Positions 1 through 9,112 of a stretch of 52,799 nt of DNA are shown here, piece after piece (within the stretch, counting starts at the first letter, position 1; the number at the start of each line of letters is the position of its first letter). This DNA comes from a virus. Taxonomy: Duplodnaviria; Caudoviricetes. The stretch covers positions 1 to 52,799 of IMG/VR virus record IMGVR_UViG_3300019889_000237; one strand, written 5' to 3'. The position numbers were made by a program, and so were the translations under genes. Under the pieces are notes generated by a model. The model was not told the DNA's origin. It made no database searches and worked only from the letters and a program-made list of their open reading frames with translations.

Positions 1-263
1 TCGGGGTCCAGGCGCAGGAGCTGGAGCCCGGGCGCGTAGGGGATCTCCCACGCGCCGATGAGCTGCGACGCGACTGCGTCGGGTGCGCCGTTCATGATCT
101 GGGCGATGGCCCCCCGGCCGGCGGCGACCCGGCCGGTTTCGATGTCCACGTCGACGGCGCCCATGATGATCGCCTCGACGGCCTTGCGGTCGCGGGCGCG
201 CAGGTCTTCGACGTCGCGGAGCTCGACCCAGGCGCCGTCGGACTTCAGTACGTGGCGGGTCAT
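1..263 (-). CDS. Tail assembly chaperone, 5' part (allelic copy of 51712..52119, truncated by window edge)
   Basis: 1..263 aligns to 51857..52119 with about 10 substitutions; its ATG overlaps the tail-tube stop (TGATG). Confidence 0.8.
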   Translation of the reverse strand, partial: MTRHVLKSDGAWVELRDVEDLRARDRKAVEAIIMGAVDVDIETGRVAAGRGAIAQIMNGAPDAVASQLIGAWEIPYAPGLQLLRLDP

Positions 264-1351
264 CAGTACACGGTCCCGGCGGTCCCGTTGATCACGGTGA
301 TCTCGACCGGGGACAGGCCGCCGGTGCTGCCGGCGTTGGTGCTGTTGGCGATGCCGTCGAAGTCGACCATGAACATGGTGGCCTCCTTGCCGTCCTCGGT
401 CTTGACCTTCTCGTAGATGCACTGCCCCATGTCGACCTTGATGCCGCGCTGACCGGCGCCGACCACGCCGTTGTCGAGCACGAGCTGGAGCGGCTGCACG
501 GTGCCGGCGAGCATCGTGAGCAACGGAGTCTCGTCGATGGCGATGAAAGTCGCCTTGCCCTCGCAGGTCATCGCGCCGCGCTGGATGACGTAGGGCTGTT
601 GCTGGTTCGAGAACGTGTAGATCACGTCGAGCTTCCGCTTGAGCACGAACGAGGCCGTGCTCACGTTCGCGACCAGCGTGCCGCCGGACGCCGGGCCGCC
701 GATACCGAGCAGCGCGCGCCAGGCCGCGAACGGCGGCACGCTCGACGGCGCGGCGACCGGGGCCGCAAGGGCCACGCTCGAGCCCCAGGCGTTGCCCTTG
801 CACTTGTACTCGACGAGGCCGGTGGCCTTCTTGCCACCGCCGCCTCCCCCGCCGCCCTTGCCGCCACCGCCCTTGCCGCCGCCGCCTCCTCCCCCGCCGC
901 CGCCGCCCTCGATGTCGAAGGCGATGGACAGCTCGGCCAGGCACGCGCCCGGGTAGGTGCGGGCGCCGACCTCGTCGGTGATGCCGGTGAACCAGGTCAG
1001 CGTGTGCGTCTTGGGCTGGCCGGAGAACGAGTTGTTCAGCGAGACGGCGTGCGTGTACGGGTCGGCCGCACCGGTGGTGGTGCGGTCACCGAGCATCGAC
1101 TCCAGCAGGTGCGGGAAGGTGTCGACGTAGAGCGGTCCCTCGATCGAGAAGTCGACCTCGCGCACGCCCTGGTACCGGCCGTACAGCGTGGCCATCGACC
1201 CGCGCAGGCTGGGGTCGTCGAGCCACTTGATCTGGTCTTCGAAGTCGACCTTCGTGAACGGGATCGTGGCGGTCATCGGCACGGCGGTGCCGGGCGTGAC
1301 CTCGGGTGCGATGCCGAGGAATTCCTTGGCCGGGGTGTACGTGACGGGCAC
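263..1351 (-). CDS. Major tail (tube) protein with Gly/Lys-rich insertion
   Basis: Lies between head-tail genes and chaperone; N-terminus FLGIAPEVTPGTAV resembles tail-tube proteins; beta-rich. Confidence 0.8.
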   Translation of the reverse strand: MPVTYTPAKEFLGIAPEVTPGTAVPMTATIPFTKVDFEDQIKWLDDPSLRGSMATLYGRYQGVREVDFSIEGPLYVDTFPHLLESMLGDRTTTGAADPYTHAVSLNNSFSGQPKTHTLTWFTGITDEVGARTYPGACLAELSIAFDIEGGGGGGGGGGGKGGGGKGGGGGGGGKKATGLVEYKCKGNAWGSSVALAAPVAAPSSVPPFAAWRALLGIGGPASGGTLVANVSTASFVLKRKLDVIYTFSNQQQPYVIQRGAMTCEGKATFIAIDETPLLTMLAGTVQPLQLVLDNGVVGAGQRGIKVDMGQCIYEKVKTEDGKEATMFMVDFDGIANSTNAGSTGGLSPVEITVINGTAGTVY

Positions 1352-1354
1352 GGC

Positions 1355-1537
1355 TCAGCCCTCCTTTGAGGTGTCGGGAGCGTCCGAGCCGTGCTCGGTG
1401 TCGGTGGTGCGCTTGCGCCTGCTGGGCTTCCACTCGCCGGCAGGCTGGGCGTCGGCGTCGACGACGTCGCCGGGCTCGATCCGGCCGAGCACGAAGTGGT
1501 CGATCGGGTCGGACCCGATGAACTCGAAGCTAGGCAT
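1355..1537 (-). CDS. Small virion-operon hypothetical protein
   Basis: MPSFEFIG start overlaps upstream stop; lies in structural operon. Confidence 0.65.
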   Translation of the reverse strand: MPSFEFIGSDPIDHFVLGRIEPGDVVDADAQPAGEWKPSRRKRTTDTEHGSDAPDTSKEG

Positions 1538-2097
1538 CAGCCCTCCTCGTAGTAGCGGGCGCTGAACTCGATCGCGAGGTAACCCGTGGTCATCTCGGCG
1601 GACGTCTCGGCTGGGGCCATCGACCAGCGCAGCCACGGATCGCCCTCGCCGACGTCGAACCCGCCCTGCTCCCAGCCGCCGGTGCCGAGGCACCGGTCGG
1701 ACCGGATGTGGGAGATCAGGTCGTCCTTGAGCTGGTAGAACGCGTCCTGCGCGTCCTCGGCCCACTCGGCGTTCGAGCGCAGGAACACGTGCAGGAGCAC
1801 GGCGGACTTGACGAACTTCAGGCCACCGAACGCGCCCGCGGTCGCCGCCCGGGTTTCCACGCCGGAGTCGACGTGCACGAACATCGACGACCCCATCAGC
1901 GCGCCGGCCCCGGTCGCGCCGAGGTAGTACTCGTTGGCGTCCTCGCTCTTCGGCCGGGCGCGGCGCACCACGCCGAGGTGCTCGACCCGCGGGGTGCGAT
2001 ACGAGCGGGTGCGCTCGTCGTAGGGGCCGCCGAACCACCGGCAGATCCCGTCCCGCACACCGGTCGTCGTGGTCGCCTTGGACAGGTCGACGGTCAT
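1537..2097 (-). CDS. Putative tail terminator / head-tail joining protein
   Basis: Synteny; IRSDRCLG-type motif; start MTVDLSK overlaps upstream stop. Confidence 0.6.
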   Translation of the reverse strand: MTVDLSKATTTTGVRDGICRWFGGPYDERTRSYRTPRVEHLGVVRRARPKSEDANEYYLGATGAGALMGSSMFVHVDSGVETRAATAGAFGGLKFVKSAVLLHVFLRSNAEWAEDAQDAFYQLKDDLISHIRSDRCLGTGGWEQGGFDVGEGDPWLRWSMAPAETSAEMTTGYLAIEFSARYYEEG

Positions 2098-2960
2098 CGG
2101 ATCCTCTTGTACGGCTTCAGCAGCTTGCACGCGTCGTCGTAGAGGAACGTGGCGCGCCCGGTGCGGCGGCTGTCACCGGAGGTCGAGGTGGTCGACGGGC
2201 CTCGGCCGGTGTTGCTCTCGGCGGTGGACGCGGGGCGCATCAGCAGCATCACCGCGTAGTTGATGACGGCCTGGCGGACCGTGGTCGGCAACGCCGAGCA
2301 GGTCGAGCCGGCCGGGTGCGCGTTGGTCAGCGGCCGGGCCAGCCCGAGCACCTCACCGGCCACCGAGGCGACCGTGACCGCCTCCTCCAGGCCGGGCGTC
2401 CAGAGCCGCAGCACGGTGCCGGCCGCGATGCCGGTGGCGTCCCGCACCTCGATCGAGGTGGCGGTGGCCTCGGCGGGCTCGGCCAGCTGGGTGGACGGGA
2501 AACCGGCCACGTAGGTCCAGGACACGAGCTGCTCGAAGCCCACGGCCGGGTAGCCGAACTGGAGCGAGTTGAGGCCCTGGCCGGACGACGGGTTGAACGC
2601 GACGATGACTCGACCGTCGTGCTCCGTCCACACCTGTGGATCGGCCTGTGCATCGAGCGTGTCCGGGGACATGCCGATCGCCATCGACGTCACGGCGATG
2701 ACCGGGGCGTGCTCGGGGTGGTAGCGCAGCCGCCCGTTGCGGTCCGGGGTGAGCCGGGCGTGCTCGGTGCGCACGTGCGCGGCCAGGGTGCCGTGCGCGC
2801 CGAACACCTTGTCGTCCGCCCACTGGGAGGCCTCGAGCAGGATGTTGATCAGGGCCGCGTCCTGCTCCGGCTGGGTGTGCCCGGTGCGCAGGTTGTTCGA
2901 GTCGAGGAACGTCGGGTGAGCCCGGAACTCGGCCGCCGACACATACGGGTAGTCGAGCAC
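2094..2960 (-). CDS. Head-to-tail adaptor
   Basis: PYVSAAEF...LLEASQWAD N-terminus, YVAGF and LPTTVRQAV...LLKPY C-terminus typical of adaptors; downstream of capsid. Confidence 0.7.
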   Translation of the reverse strand: MLDYPYVSAAEFRAHPTFLDSNNLRTGHTQPEQDAALINILLEASQWADDKVFGAHGTLAAHVRTEHARLTPDRNGRLRYHPEHAPVIAVTSMAIGMSPDTLDAQADPQVWTEHDGRVIVAFNPSSGQGLNSLQFGYPAVGFEQLVSWTYVAGFPSTQLAEPAEATATSIEVRDATGIAAGTVLRLWTPGLEEAVTVASVAGEVLGLARPLTNAHPAGSTCSALPTTVRQAVINYAVMLLMRPASTAESNTGRGPSTTSTSGDSRRTGRATFLYDDACKLLKPYKRIR

Positions 2961-2972
2961 CGGGCCACCTCC

Positions 2973-3116
2973 CTACCGTGTCCAGGCGCCGTGAACGCAG
3001 GACGCGGTGTCCACGCGTTCGGGCCAACCATCCGGCCAGTGCTGGCCGCAGATCTCGCCCTCGGCCTTGCGTCGTGCCGGCCGCTTGGCCTCGGCTGGCT
3101 TGTCCTCGTCGGCCAT
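2973..3116 (-). CDS. Small hypothetical protein
   Basis: RBS GAGAGGG before ATG; Cys/His/Trp C-terminus. Confidence 0.55.
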   Translation of the reverse strand: MADEDKPAEAKRPARRKAEGEICGQHWPDGWPERVDTASCVHGAWTR

Positions 3117-3126
3117 CGCGGCCCTC

Positions 3127-3372
3127 TCAGTTCTGGTGCCCGCAACGCGAGCACGTGCGGAACAGGGATGCGAACCCACATGGACACGGGAAGCCCGCTG
3201 CACGGACCCCGCCCGCGGTCGAGGGCGTGAAGCCCCCGGCCTTGACCAGGGCAGCCGCGTCCGAGGGGCTCATATGGAACATGCCGTCGCGGCTGCGGTA
3301 CTCGCTCCCGGACATGCCGGTGACGGCGTGCACCGCCCCGTCAGGTGCGGCCACCCTGGTCAGTTCGGACAT
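3127..3372 (-). CDS. Small protein with C-terminal Zn ribbon
   Basis: CPCGF...CSRCG; immediately after major capsid gene. Confidence 0.7.
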   Translation of the reverse strand: MSELTRVAAPDGAVHAVTGMSGSEYRSRDGMFHMSPSDAAALVKAGGFTPSTAGGVRAAGFPCPCGFASLFRTCSRCGHQN

Positions 3373-3376
3373 GCGA

Positions 3377-5068
3377 TCAGGCCGCCAAACAAATGCCGGT
3401 GATCAGACCGGACCACTTGGGCGCGTAGTGCACGAGCGTGCCCATCCAGTAGGTGCTGGCGTCATAGGTGAACTGGACCACGGGCCAATCCACCGACATG
3501 TACTCCTGCACCGAGACGACCTCGGCCGTCGCACCCACGTGCGAGTCCGGGATCGGCAGCGTCTCGGACCGGATCAGCGCGGTACCGACCGGCATCCAGG
3601 GGTGGACGTCGAAGGGGACCATCTTCCTCGTGATCTGGTTCTCGATGCCCGTGACCATGGAGCCGAGGAAGTGGCCCGCGCCGTCGCCGTTGAGCTGGAG
3701 ACGGTAGGACGAGTTGTTGGCCGTGGACTTGAGCAGGTCGCCGAGCTGGCGGGCGGTCCCGCCGTCGACCAGGATGCGATCCGGGTCGGCCTTGACGCTG
3801 TTCCACAGTGACTGGAGCGCGTCCTGGACCTCGTCGCCGGCACTCGCCCCCGTGGCGAGCGGGGCGTTGAGCCGCTTGTAGTAGCCGGTCCGGTCCAGGT
3901 CGGACTGCACGGTGAGGAAACCGTCGTACCCACGGTCCTGGACCGAGGTGTCGACCGCGCCCGGGCTGAGCTTTCCGGTGCTGGTCGGCACGGTGGTCAG
4001 GGTGTAGGTCGGCTCGCCGGTAGCACCGGGAGTGAACGAGGTCTGGAACGTGGCCGTTCCAACCGCTCCAGCGGCCTGCGTCACGTAGAGGTTGTAGGTG
4101 CCGAACGAGCCATCGGGCTCCGTGTCGACGTCGATCTCGATCGAGTTCGTCGAGCCGGTCAACGCCCCAGAGGTGCCCGTGTTCGAGACGACGGTCTCGC
4201 CGAACCCGGTGTCTGCGGTCACCACGACCAGGTAGGTGCCTGCCGTGATGGTGCCGCCCGACGAGGAACCGGTGACGGTGATGGTCGGCGCGGAGACCGG
4301 GCCCGCGTAACCGTTGGCGGTCGGGCCGCGACCGAAGAGCAACGCGCGCTCCTCGCCGCCCAGGTGCGCCCACAGGAGCGCGGTCTGCGACAGGCTGCGG
4401 ATGTCCTGGTAGCCCTGGCCAGCGAACTGGGAGGCCCAGTTGACCTGGTCGGACAGCGACATCTCGACGTAGGCCACGGACTCGTCGTGCGACGCGTACT
4501 CGATCTTCTTACCGCGCCGCAGGGTCATCGGGCCGAAGGTCTCGGTCACGGTCTGCGAGTCCATGAACGGGCTCTTGTCCGCCACCCCGCCGAAGCCGGT
4601 GTTGGAGAACCCGTCGATCACGCGGAACTGGCGGGCCGAGCCCTGGCCCTTGCTGCGCGGGATCTGGTTGCGCAGCGGGGTGAGGCGGGGCACGAGCAAC
4701 TTCGCGGGCGCTTCCAGGTCGTAGGGGACCAGGGTCGCGCTGTTCGGGGCCAGGCCGGGCAGCGACCAGTCCTTGCCGATGTCCGCGCTCAGTGTGCTGT
4801 TCAGGGCGTCGATCTCGCCCTGGACGGACGCGAGCACGTCCGGGCTGATGCCCTTGGTGATGGCCTCGACGCGGCCCTGGATGGCCCGCGACTTGGCGCC
4901 CGGGTCCTCGACGATGCCGACGCCGGGGGCGAAGTTGCGTCCACCGGCAGCGGCCTTCTGGTGCTCGGCGGTCAGCTTGCCCTTGTACTGCTCGAAGCGG
5001 GTCGCGACCTCGGTCGGCGACTGCGCGTCCGAGAACATCTCGGACGGCTGTGGGACTGCGTGTCCCAT
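3377..5068 (-). CDS. Major capsid protein with inserted Ig/FN3-like domain
   Basis: Follows protease; YDLEAPAKLLVPRLTPLRNQIPR and HPWMPVGT motifs; Thr/Gly-rich beta insert; RBS AAGGAG. Confidence 0.85.
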   Translation of the reverse strand: MGHAVPQPSEMFSDAQSPTEVATRFEQYKGKLTAEHQKAAAGGRNFAPGVGIVEDPGAKSRAIQGRVEAITKGISPDVLASVQGEIDALNSTLSADIGKDWSLPGLAPNSATLVPYDLEAPAKLLVPRLTPLRNQIPRSKGQGSARQFRVIDGFSNTGFGGVADKSPFMDSQTVTETFGPMTLRRGKKIEYASHDESVAYVEMSLSDQVNWASQFAGQGYQDIRSLSQTALLWAHLGGEERALLFGRGPTANGYAGPVSAPTITVTGSSSGGTITAGTYLVVVTADTGFGETVVSNTGTSGALTGSTNSIEIDVDTEPDGSFGTYNLYVTQAAGAVGTATFQTSFTPGATGEPTYTLTTVPTSTGKLSPGAVDTSVQDRGYDGFLTVQSDLDRTGYYKRLNAPLATGASAGDEVQDALQSLWNSVKADPDRILVDGGTARQLGDLLKSTANNSSYRLQLNGDGAGHFLGSMVTGIENQITRKMVPFDVHPWMPVGTALIRSETLPIPDSHVGATAEVVSVQEYMSVDWPVVQFTYDASTYWMGTLVHYAPKWSGLITGICLAA

Positions 5069-5079
5069 GGTGATCTCCT

Positions 5080-6327
5080 TCAGCTGGTGGCAGCGCGCGC
5101 GTCTGCGGCGAGCTGCAAGTAACCGACTCGGGCCTGTGGGTCGCGCACCTCGTCGGCGAGACGCTCGAAGTGCGCCGCCTTGGTGAGGTGCTCTTCCCGG
5201 TGGTCGGCCTTGGCCGTGTCTCCGGTGGTGCGGGTGAGAACGGGTCCACCCGGGGCCGGCGCGCTCATGGCCTTCGTCAGCTGACCTGCGAGGTCGCCGA
5301 CCTGTGCCTGGAGCGCCTTCACCAGCTCGGTGAGGTCATCGTTCGGTGCGGCGGAATCGCTGCCGCCTTCACCGCCCGTGGCCGCCTTCACGGCAGTCAC
5401 GGGCGGGGGCTCGGTGCTCGGCGCCTCGACGGCGGCCGGAGCGGGGGACGCGACGTCCGGCGCCACGGCCTTCTCGGTGTCCGGCTTGTCGGCCAGATCG
5501 ACGTGTGCCACAGCGGGCTCCTTCTTCTCGCGGCAGATGAACCACTCCAGGGCCTTGACCGCCTGAAGCAGCAATTCGATGTCACAGACCTCGGACGTCG
5601 CGCCCTCGGCCAAGCAGACGGCCTCGGACTGGATGAGGCCGGCGATGATGGCGATGGCCTGGTGCGCGTCGGCGACGTCGCCCGCCTGGTCGCCCTTGCG
5701 CACGGCGACGAGGTCGAAGCCCTTCACGGCCGCCTCGTACGCGGCGAGCGGCTCGCCGGCACGGTCGTCGACCTCGGGTGTATCAGCAGGGGCCTCGTGC
5801 AGCTCTTCCACCTTGACCAGGGAGCGGTCAAAGTCGACGGTCCCGGGCGTGACCGCCAACGGGCCGGGCTTGAGCGCCTTGGCCAGGGTGAGCGTGCAGG
5901 TCGGGTTCGCCGGCCGGTCGACCAAGCTCACTTCGACGATCTGGCCACCCACGATCCGGCCGTTGGGCGCGGACGCGTCCTTGACGACCTTCGGCGACCG
6001 GATGCCGATCGAGTAGCCCTTGAGGACGCCGCGCTCGACCTTGCGGGCCGAGTTCGCGTCCACGACCAGGCTCTTCAGGTCCCACCCGCCGTCCGGCAGG
6101 TGGGAGATCTCGGTGCCGACACCGGCCGCGATGCTGGAGTGCTGCTCGCGGACGTTCGCGCCCGTGGTGAACCAGGTCGGCATCGCGGTCTTGAGCCAGT
6201 CCGGGTCACAGATCTGCCGGTCGAGGTCGAGGTCCGGGCTGGTCGCCCGGCCGAACACCACCAGGTCGCCGTTGGCGTCCCGCTCGTGCTTGACGATCTC
6301 GGCGTAGACGGCGGTGGTGTCAGTCAT
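5080..6327 (-). CDS. Capsid maturation protease fused to scaffold-like C-terminus
   Basis: VREQH, LKGYSIG, EVSLVDRPANP prohead protease motifs; coiled-coil tail. Confidence 0.88.
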   Translation of the reverse strand: MTDTTAVYAEIVKHERDANGDLVVFGRATSPDLDLDRQICDPDWLKTAMPTWFTTGANVREQHSSIAAGVGTEISHLPDGGWDLKSLVVDANSARKVERGVLKGYSIGIRSPKVVKDASAPNGRIVGGQIVEVSLVDRPANPTCTLTLAKALKPGPLAVTPGTVDFDRSLVKVEELHEAPADTPEVDDRAGEPLAAYEAAVKGFDLVAVRKGDQAGDVADAHQAIAIIAGLIQSEAVCLAEGATSEVCDIELLLQAVKALEWFICREKKEPAVAHVDLADKPDTEKAVAPDVASPAPAAVEAPSTEPPPVTAVKAATGGEGGSDSAAPNDDLTELVKALQAQVGDLAGQLTKAMSAPAPGGPVLTRTTGDTAKADHREEHLTKAAHFERLADEVRDPQARVGYLQLAADARAATS

Positions 6328-9100
6328 CGTGACCCTTTTCCCCAGGCCAGCGCCCGTATCGGTCGTGGTACCACTGGGCGGCCATGCGCTTCGCGCGCTC
6401 GTTGCCGACGTGGTCCTTCAGGTGGTTGTAAAGGTCGGTCCACGACGTCCAGCGGGCCGCGCCCTCGCCGCGTAGCCAGTACTCCTTGAGCTGGTTGCGG
6501 TCGGCCTTCTTGGGCAGGTCGAGCACCGGCGTCAGGCTGCACCGGCAGTGCGGGTGCGCGGGCGGGAACGCGTCGCCGGACTCGAACGAGCTCGTCGTGG
6601 GGATCGCGCCCTGCCCGGCGTTGCCGGCACACGTCTTGCACACCCGCTGGTCGGGCGCGAGAAGCCAGAGCTTGCGGCCGATGGCGTTGCGCTCGTAGGT
6701 GGCCTGGGTGGCCGCCGACATCGCCCGGGCGGTCTCGGTGACCGCGACCGTCTCGGCCCACTGTGGGGCGTCCAGCACGCCGCGCAGGTCGGTCGCAAGC
6801 GACTGTGGAGACCGGCCGTCCTCGACGGCATCGGCCAGCACATCGGCCAGCTCAGCGAACCGAGAGGCGGCCACCGACAAGATGGTGACCCCGGCCGCGT
6901 CGAGCAGCATCTCCAGTCGCTCGGCCGCGGGGGACCGGGCGTCGTCGCCGATCGCGTCCAGGGCGTCGTGCTCGCCAGCGCGCCACGCTTCGGTAAGCGC
7001 GCTGGCGAGCACCGGCCGCAGTCGGCCTGCGAGCGGGGCGGCCCGTTCGAGCAACCAGCCGAGCGCGACCCGCGCGAGATCGCGCAAGCCCTTCTCGGCA
7101 TTCATGTGCTCGCGCCAGGCCGTGGCCAGCTCGTCACAGTCGACCGCACCGAGCGCGGCCTCGTTCAGCTGCCGCGCGACCCGCTCGGTGATCTGGTCCA
7201 GCTCGCCCCGCTCAGGGGCCGGGGCTTTTCCCAGGTCAGCACCGTATGTAACGCGGGCCGGGTCGATGTCGAATTGCACCAGGTCGGCCGGCTCGACGAT
7301 GTACTCGAGCTGGAACCGGCGCCCGGTCCGCCCCTTCGCCAGCCACTTGCGGTAGGCGGAGGCCTCAGCTGCCTTCTTCGCCCCACTCCCCCCGGTGGCG
7401 GAGGAGGCGGAACGGGCGGGAGCCGCGGGCTTCTTGCCGCCGCTCCCGCCCGGCGCGCCGCCGGGCTCCGCCTTCGCGTCCACCGCGCGTTCCTCGAGCT
7501 GGAGCGCAGCCTCGGCCCGCTCCTCGGCGCCCTCGATGAACGTGATCGTCGCGCCGTTGATGACCGCGGGCTTGTCCGCCTCGGGGAAGGTGAAGCGCGG
7601 CCGGCCGATCTCGTCGCGGCCCTCGTTGATGGTGAGCAGACCGGCCGCGACCTGCTCGGCGGTCTTGTCCTCTTCCTCACCCTCGCCCTCGTCGTCGAGG
7701 CCCAACCACTTGAACTCCAGCTCACGCGGCAGCTTCAGGTGCGCCCGGGAGATCTGGGTGATCAGCTCGGCCATCCACCTGAGCGCGGGCTTGCGGCCCT
7801 TGCGGTTGTTGAGCCGGTCCTGACCTTCGGCGTGCCCGTCGGAGCCCAGGCCCTTGGCCTCGGTGAAGCCGAGCTCGTGCACGGTCAAATCGAAGTGGGC
7901 GACGACGAGCTTGAGCAAGTGCATGTCGAACTCGGGCTTGTACTTCTCGGCCACGTTCGGCCCGGACTCCTCCGGCCGGAAGCCGGGCGGCAGCACCCGG
8001 TAGCGGAACCGGTTCGCCGTCTGGCCGCTGTAGTGGTCGTTGAGCTCGCGCTCGTACTCGGCCACCTGGCCCGGCGACCACTGGTGGGTGGACGTCTGCT
8101 CGTTGATCAACCAGCCTGCCGGCATGACACCGTCGGTGTACTCGGCGCGGAGCCAGTTGATCCGCTTGTGCCAGAGGTCGATGTCCATCAGCGACTGCTC
8201 GACCGGGCTCAGCCCGTACGGGGTGTGCGCCCGGACCTCGCGCCGGATGTAGATCAGCTGGTCGGCGGTGTAGGCGTCCGGGACCACGGTGCGGCCCTCG
8301 GTGTCGGAGGTGTCGGCGGTGAACTCGCCCCTCGGGAAACCGTGGATGATCTGCTGGTAGGCGGGCTCGGGCGGCATCGGCCGGCCGCCCCGGTGGTCGA
8401 GCAACGGCTTGATCGTGGTCGAGTCCAGGATCTCCAGCGAGTACAGGTCTCCGCCGAGGGTGTAGCGCGGGTAGATCGCGAGGGCGTCGAGGACGAGCTG
8501 TTCCTCGAGGAACTGGCAGATCCACTCGGCGAACGTGTAGCCGTTACCCGGGTCGGGGTCGAGCCAGAAGTCGGTGCACCGGTCGATGTCGGTGAGCATC
8601 GTGCCGCGAAGCTCGCGCTCGACGTCCAGGCGCCCGGCGTCGGGCTGGTCGCGCTGGGCGCGGTCGATGGCACGTCGGCTCAGGCCGAAGTCCCATTCGA
8701 GGCCCTGGATCTCGGACTTGCGGATGCGCAGGCAGTCGCGGATCAGCGGCAGGTTCGCGGCGTCGCGCAGCGTCTTCCACGGGACGAGGCGGCCGTGCCC
8801 GGTGCCGGGCAGGTTCCAGCTGACCGGGTACTCCCACAGACGCGGCTCGGCGCGGCCAGAGCTGCGCCGGGTCGGGTCCAGCGGCGCCGGCGTGAGCGGG
8901 ATGCCGGGCCCGAACGCATACGGGTACTGGTCACGGGGCAACGGCTGCGCGAGGGCGCCGGTCTCCTGCTGGCGGTTGAGCAGGCCCTGGACCTGTTCGG
9001 CGGTGTAGACCCGTCCGGACACGGTGGCCGGAGCGGTGGTGGCCGGTAGGGCCTTCTCGATCGCCTTGCTGGGGACGGGCTTACGACGGCGCCTGGCCAC
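6320..9100 (-). CDS. Portal protein fused to MuF-like (minor head) domain plus small C-terminal domain
   Basis: Portal motifs (YGLSPVEQ, TINEGRDEIG); MuF motifs (VAVTETARA, VCKTCAGN, PPAHPHCRC). Confidence 0.88.
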   Translation of the reverse strand: MARRRRKPVPSKAIEKALPATTAPATVSGRVYTAEQVQGLLNRQQETGALAQPLPRDQYPYAFGPGIPLTPAPLDPTRRSSGRAEPRLWEYPVSWNLPGTGHGRLVPWKTLRDAANLPLIRDCLRIRKSEIQGLEWDFGLSRRAIDRAQRDQPDAGRLDVERELRGTMLTDIDRCTDFWLDPDPGNGYTFAEWICQFLEEQLVLDALAIYPRYTLGGDLYSLEILDSTTIKPLLDHRGGRPMPPEPAYQQIIHGFPRGEFTADTSDTEGRTVVPDAYTADQLIYIRREVRAHTPYGLSPVEQSLMDIDLWHKRINWLRAEYTDGVMPAGWLINEQTSTHQWSPGQVAEYERELNDHYSGQTANRFRYRVLPPGFRPEESGPNVAEKYKPEFDMHLLKLVVAHFDLTVHELGFTEAKGLGSDGHAEGQDRLNNRKGRKPALRWMAELITQISRAHLKLPRELEFKWLGLDDEGEGEEEDKTAEQVAAGLLTINEGRDEIGRPRFTFPEADKPAVINGATITFIEGAEERAEAALQLEERAVDAKAEPGGAPGGSGGKKPAAPARSASSATGGSGAKKAAEASAYRKWLAKGRTGRRFQLEYIVEPADLVQFDIDPARVTYGADLGKAPAPERGELDQITERVARQLNEAALGAVDCDELATAWREHMNAEKGLRDLARVALGWLLERAAPLAGRLRPVLASALTEAWRAGEHDALDAIGDDARSPAAERLEMLLDAAGVTILSVAASRFAELADVLADAVEDGRSPQSLATDLRGVLDAPQWAETVAVTETARAMSAATQATYERNAIGRKLWLLAPDQRVCKTCAGNAGQGAIPTTSSFESGDAFPPAHPHCRCSLTPVLDLPKKADRNQLKEYWLRGEGAARWTSWTDLYNHLKDHVGNERAKRMAAQWYHDRYGRWPGEKGHDD

Positions 9101-9112
9101 TGGTCACCGCCC

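Noticed and set aside
6548-9049. 833-aa plus-strand ORF and similar long antisense ORFs (e.g. 9284..10675, 15806..17275, 32958..34934, 40775..43021, 48664..50472)
   Set aside because: Shadow ORFs opposite well-supported genes; expected at this GC content and lacking recognisable motifs
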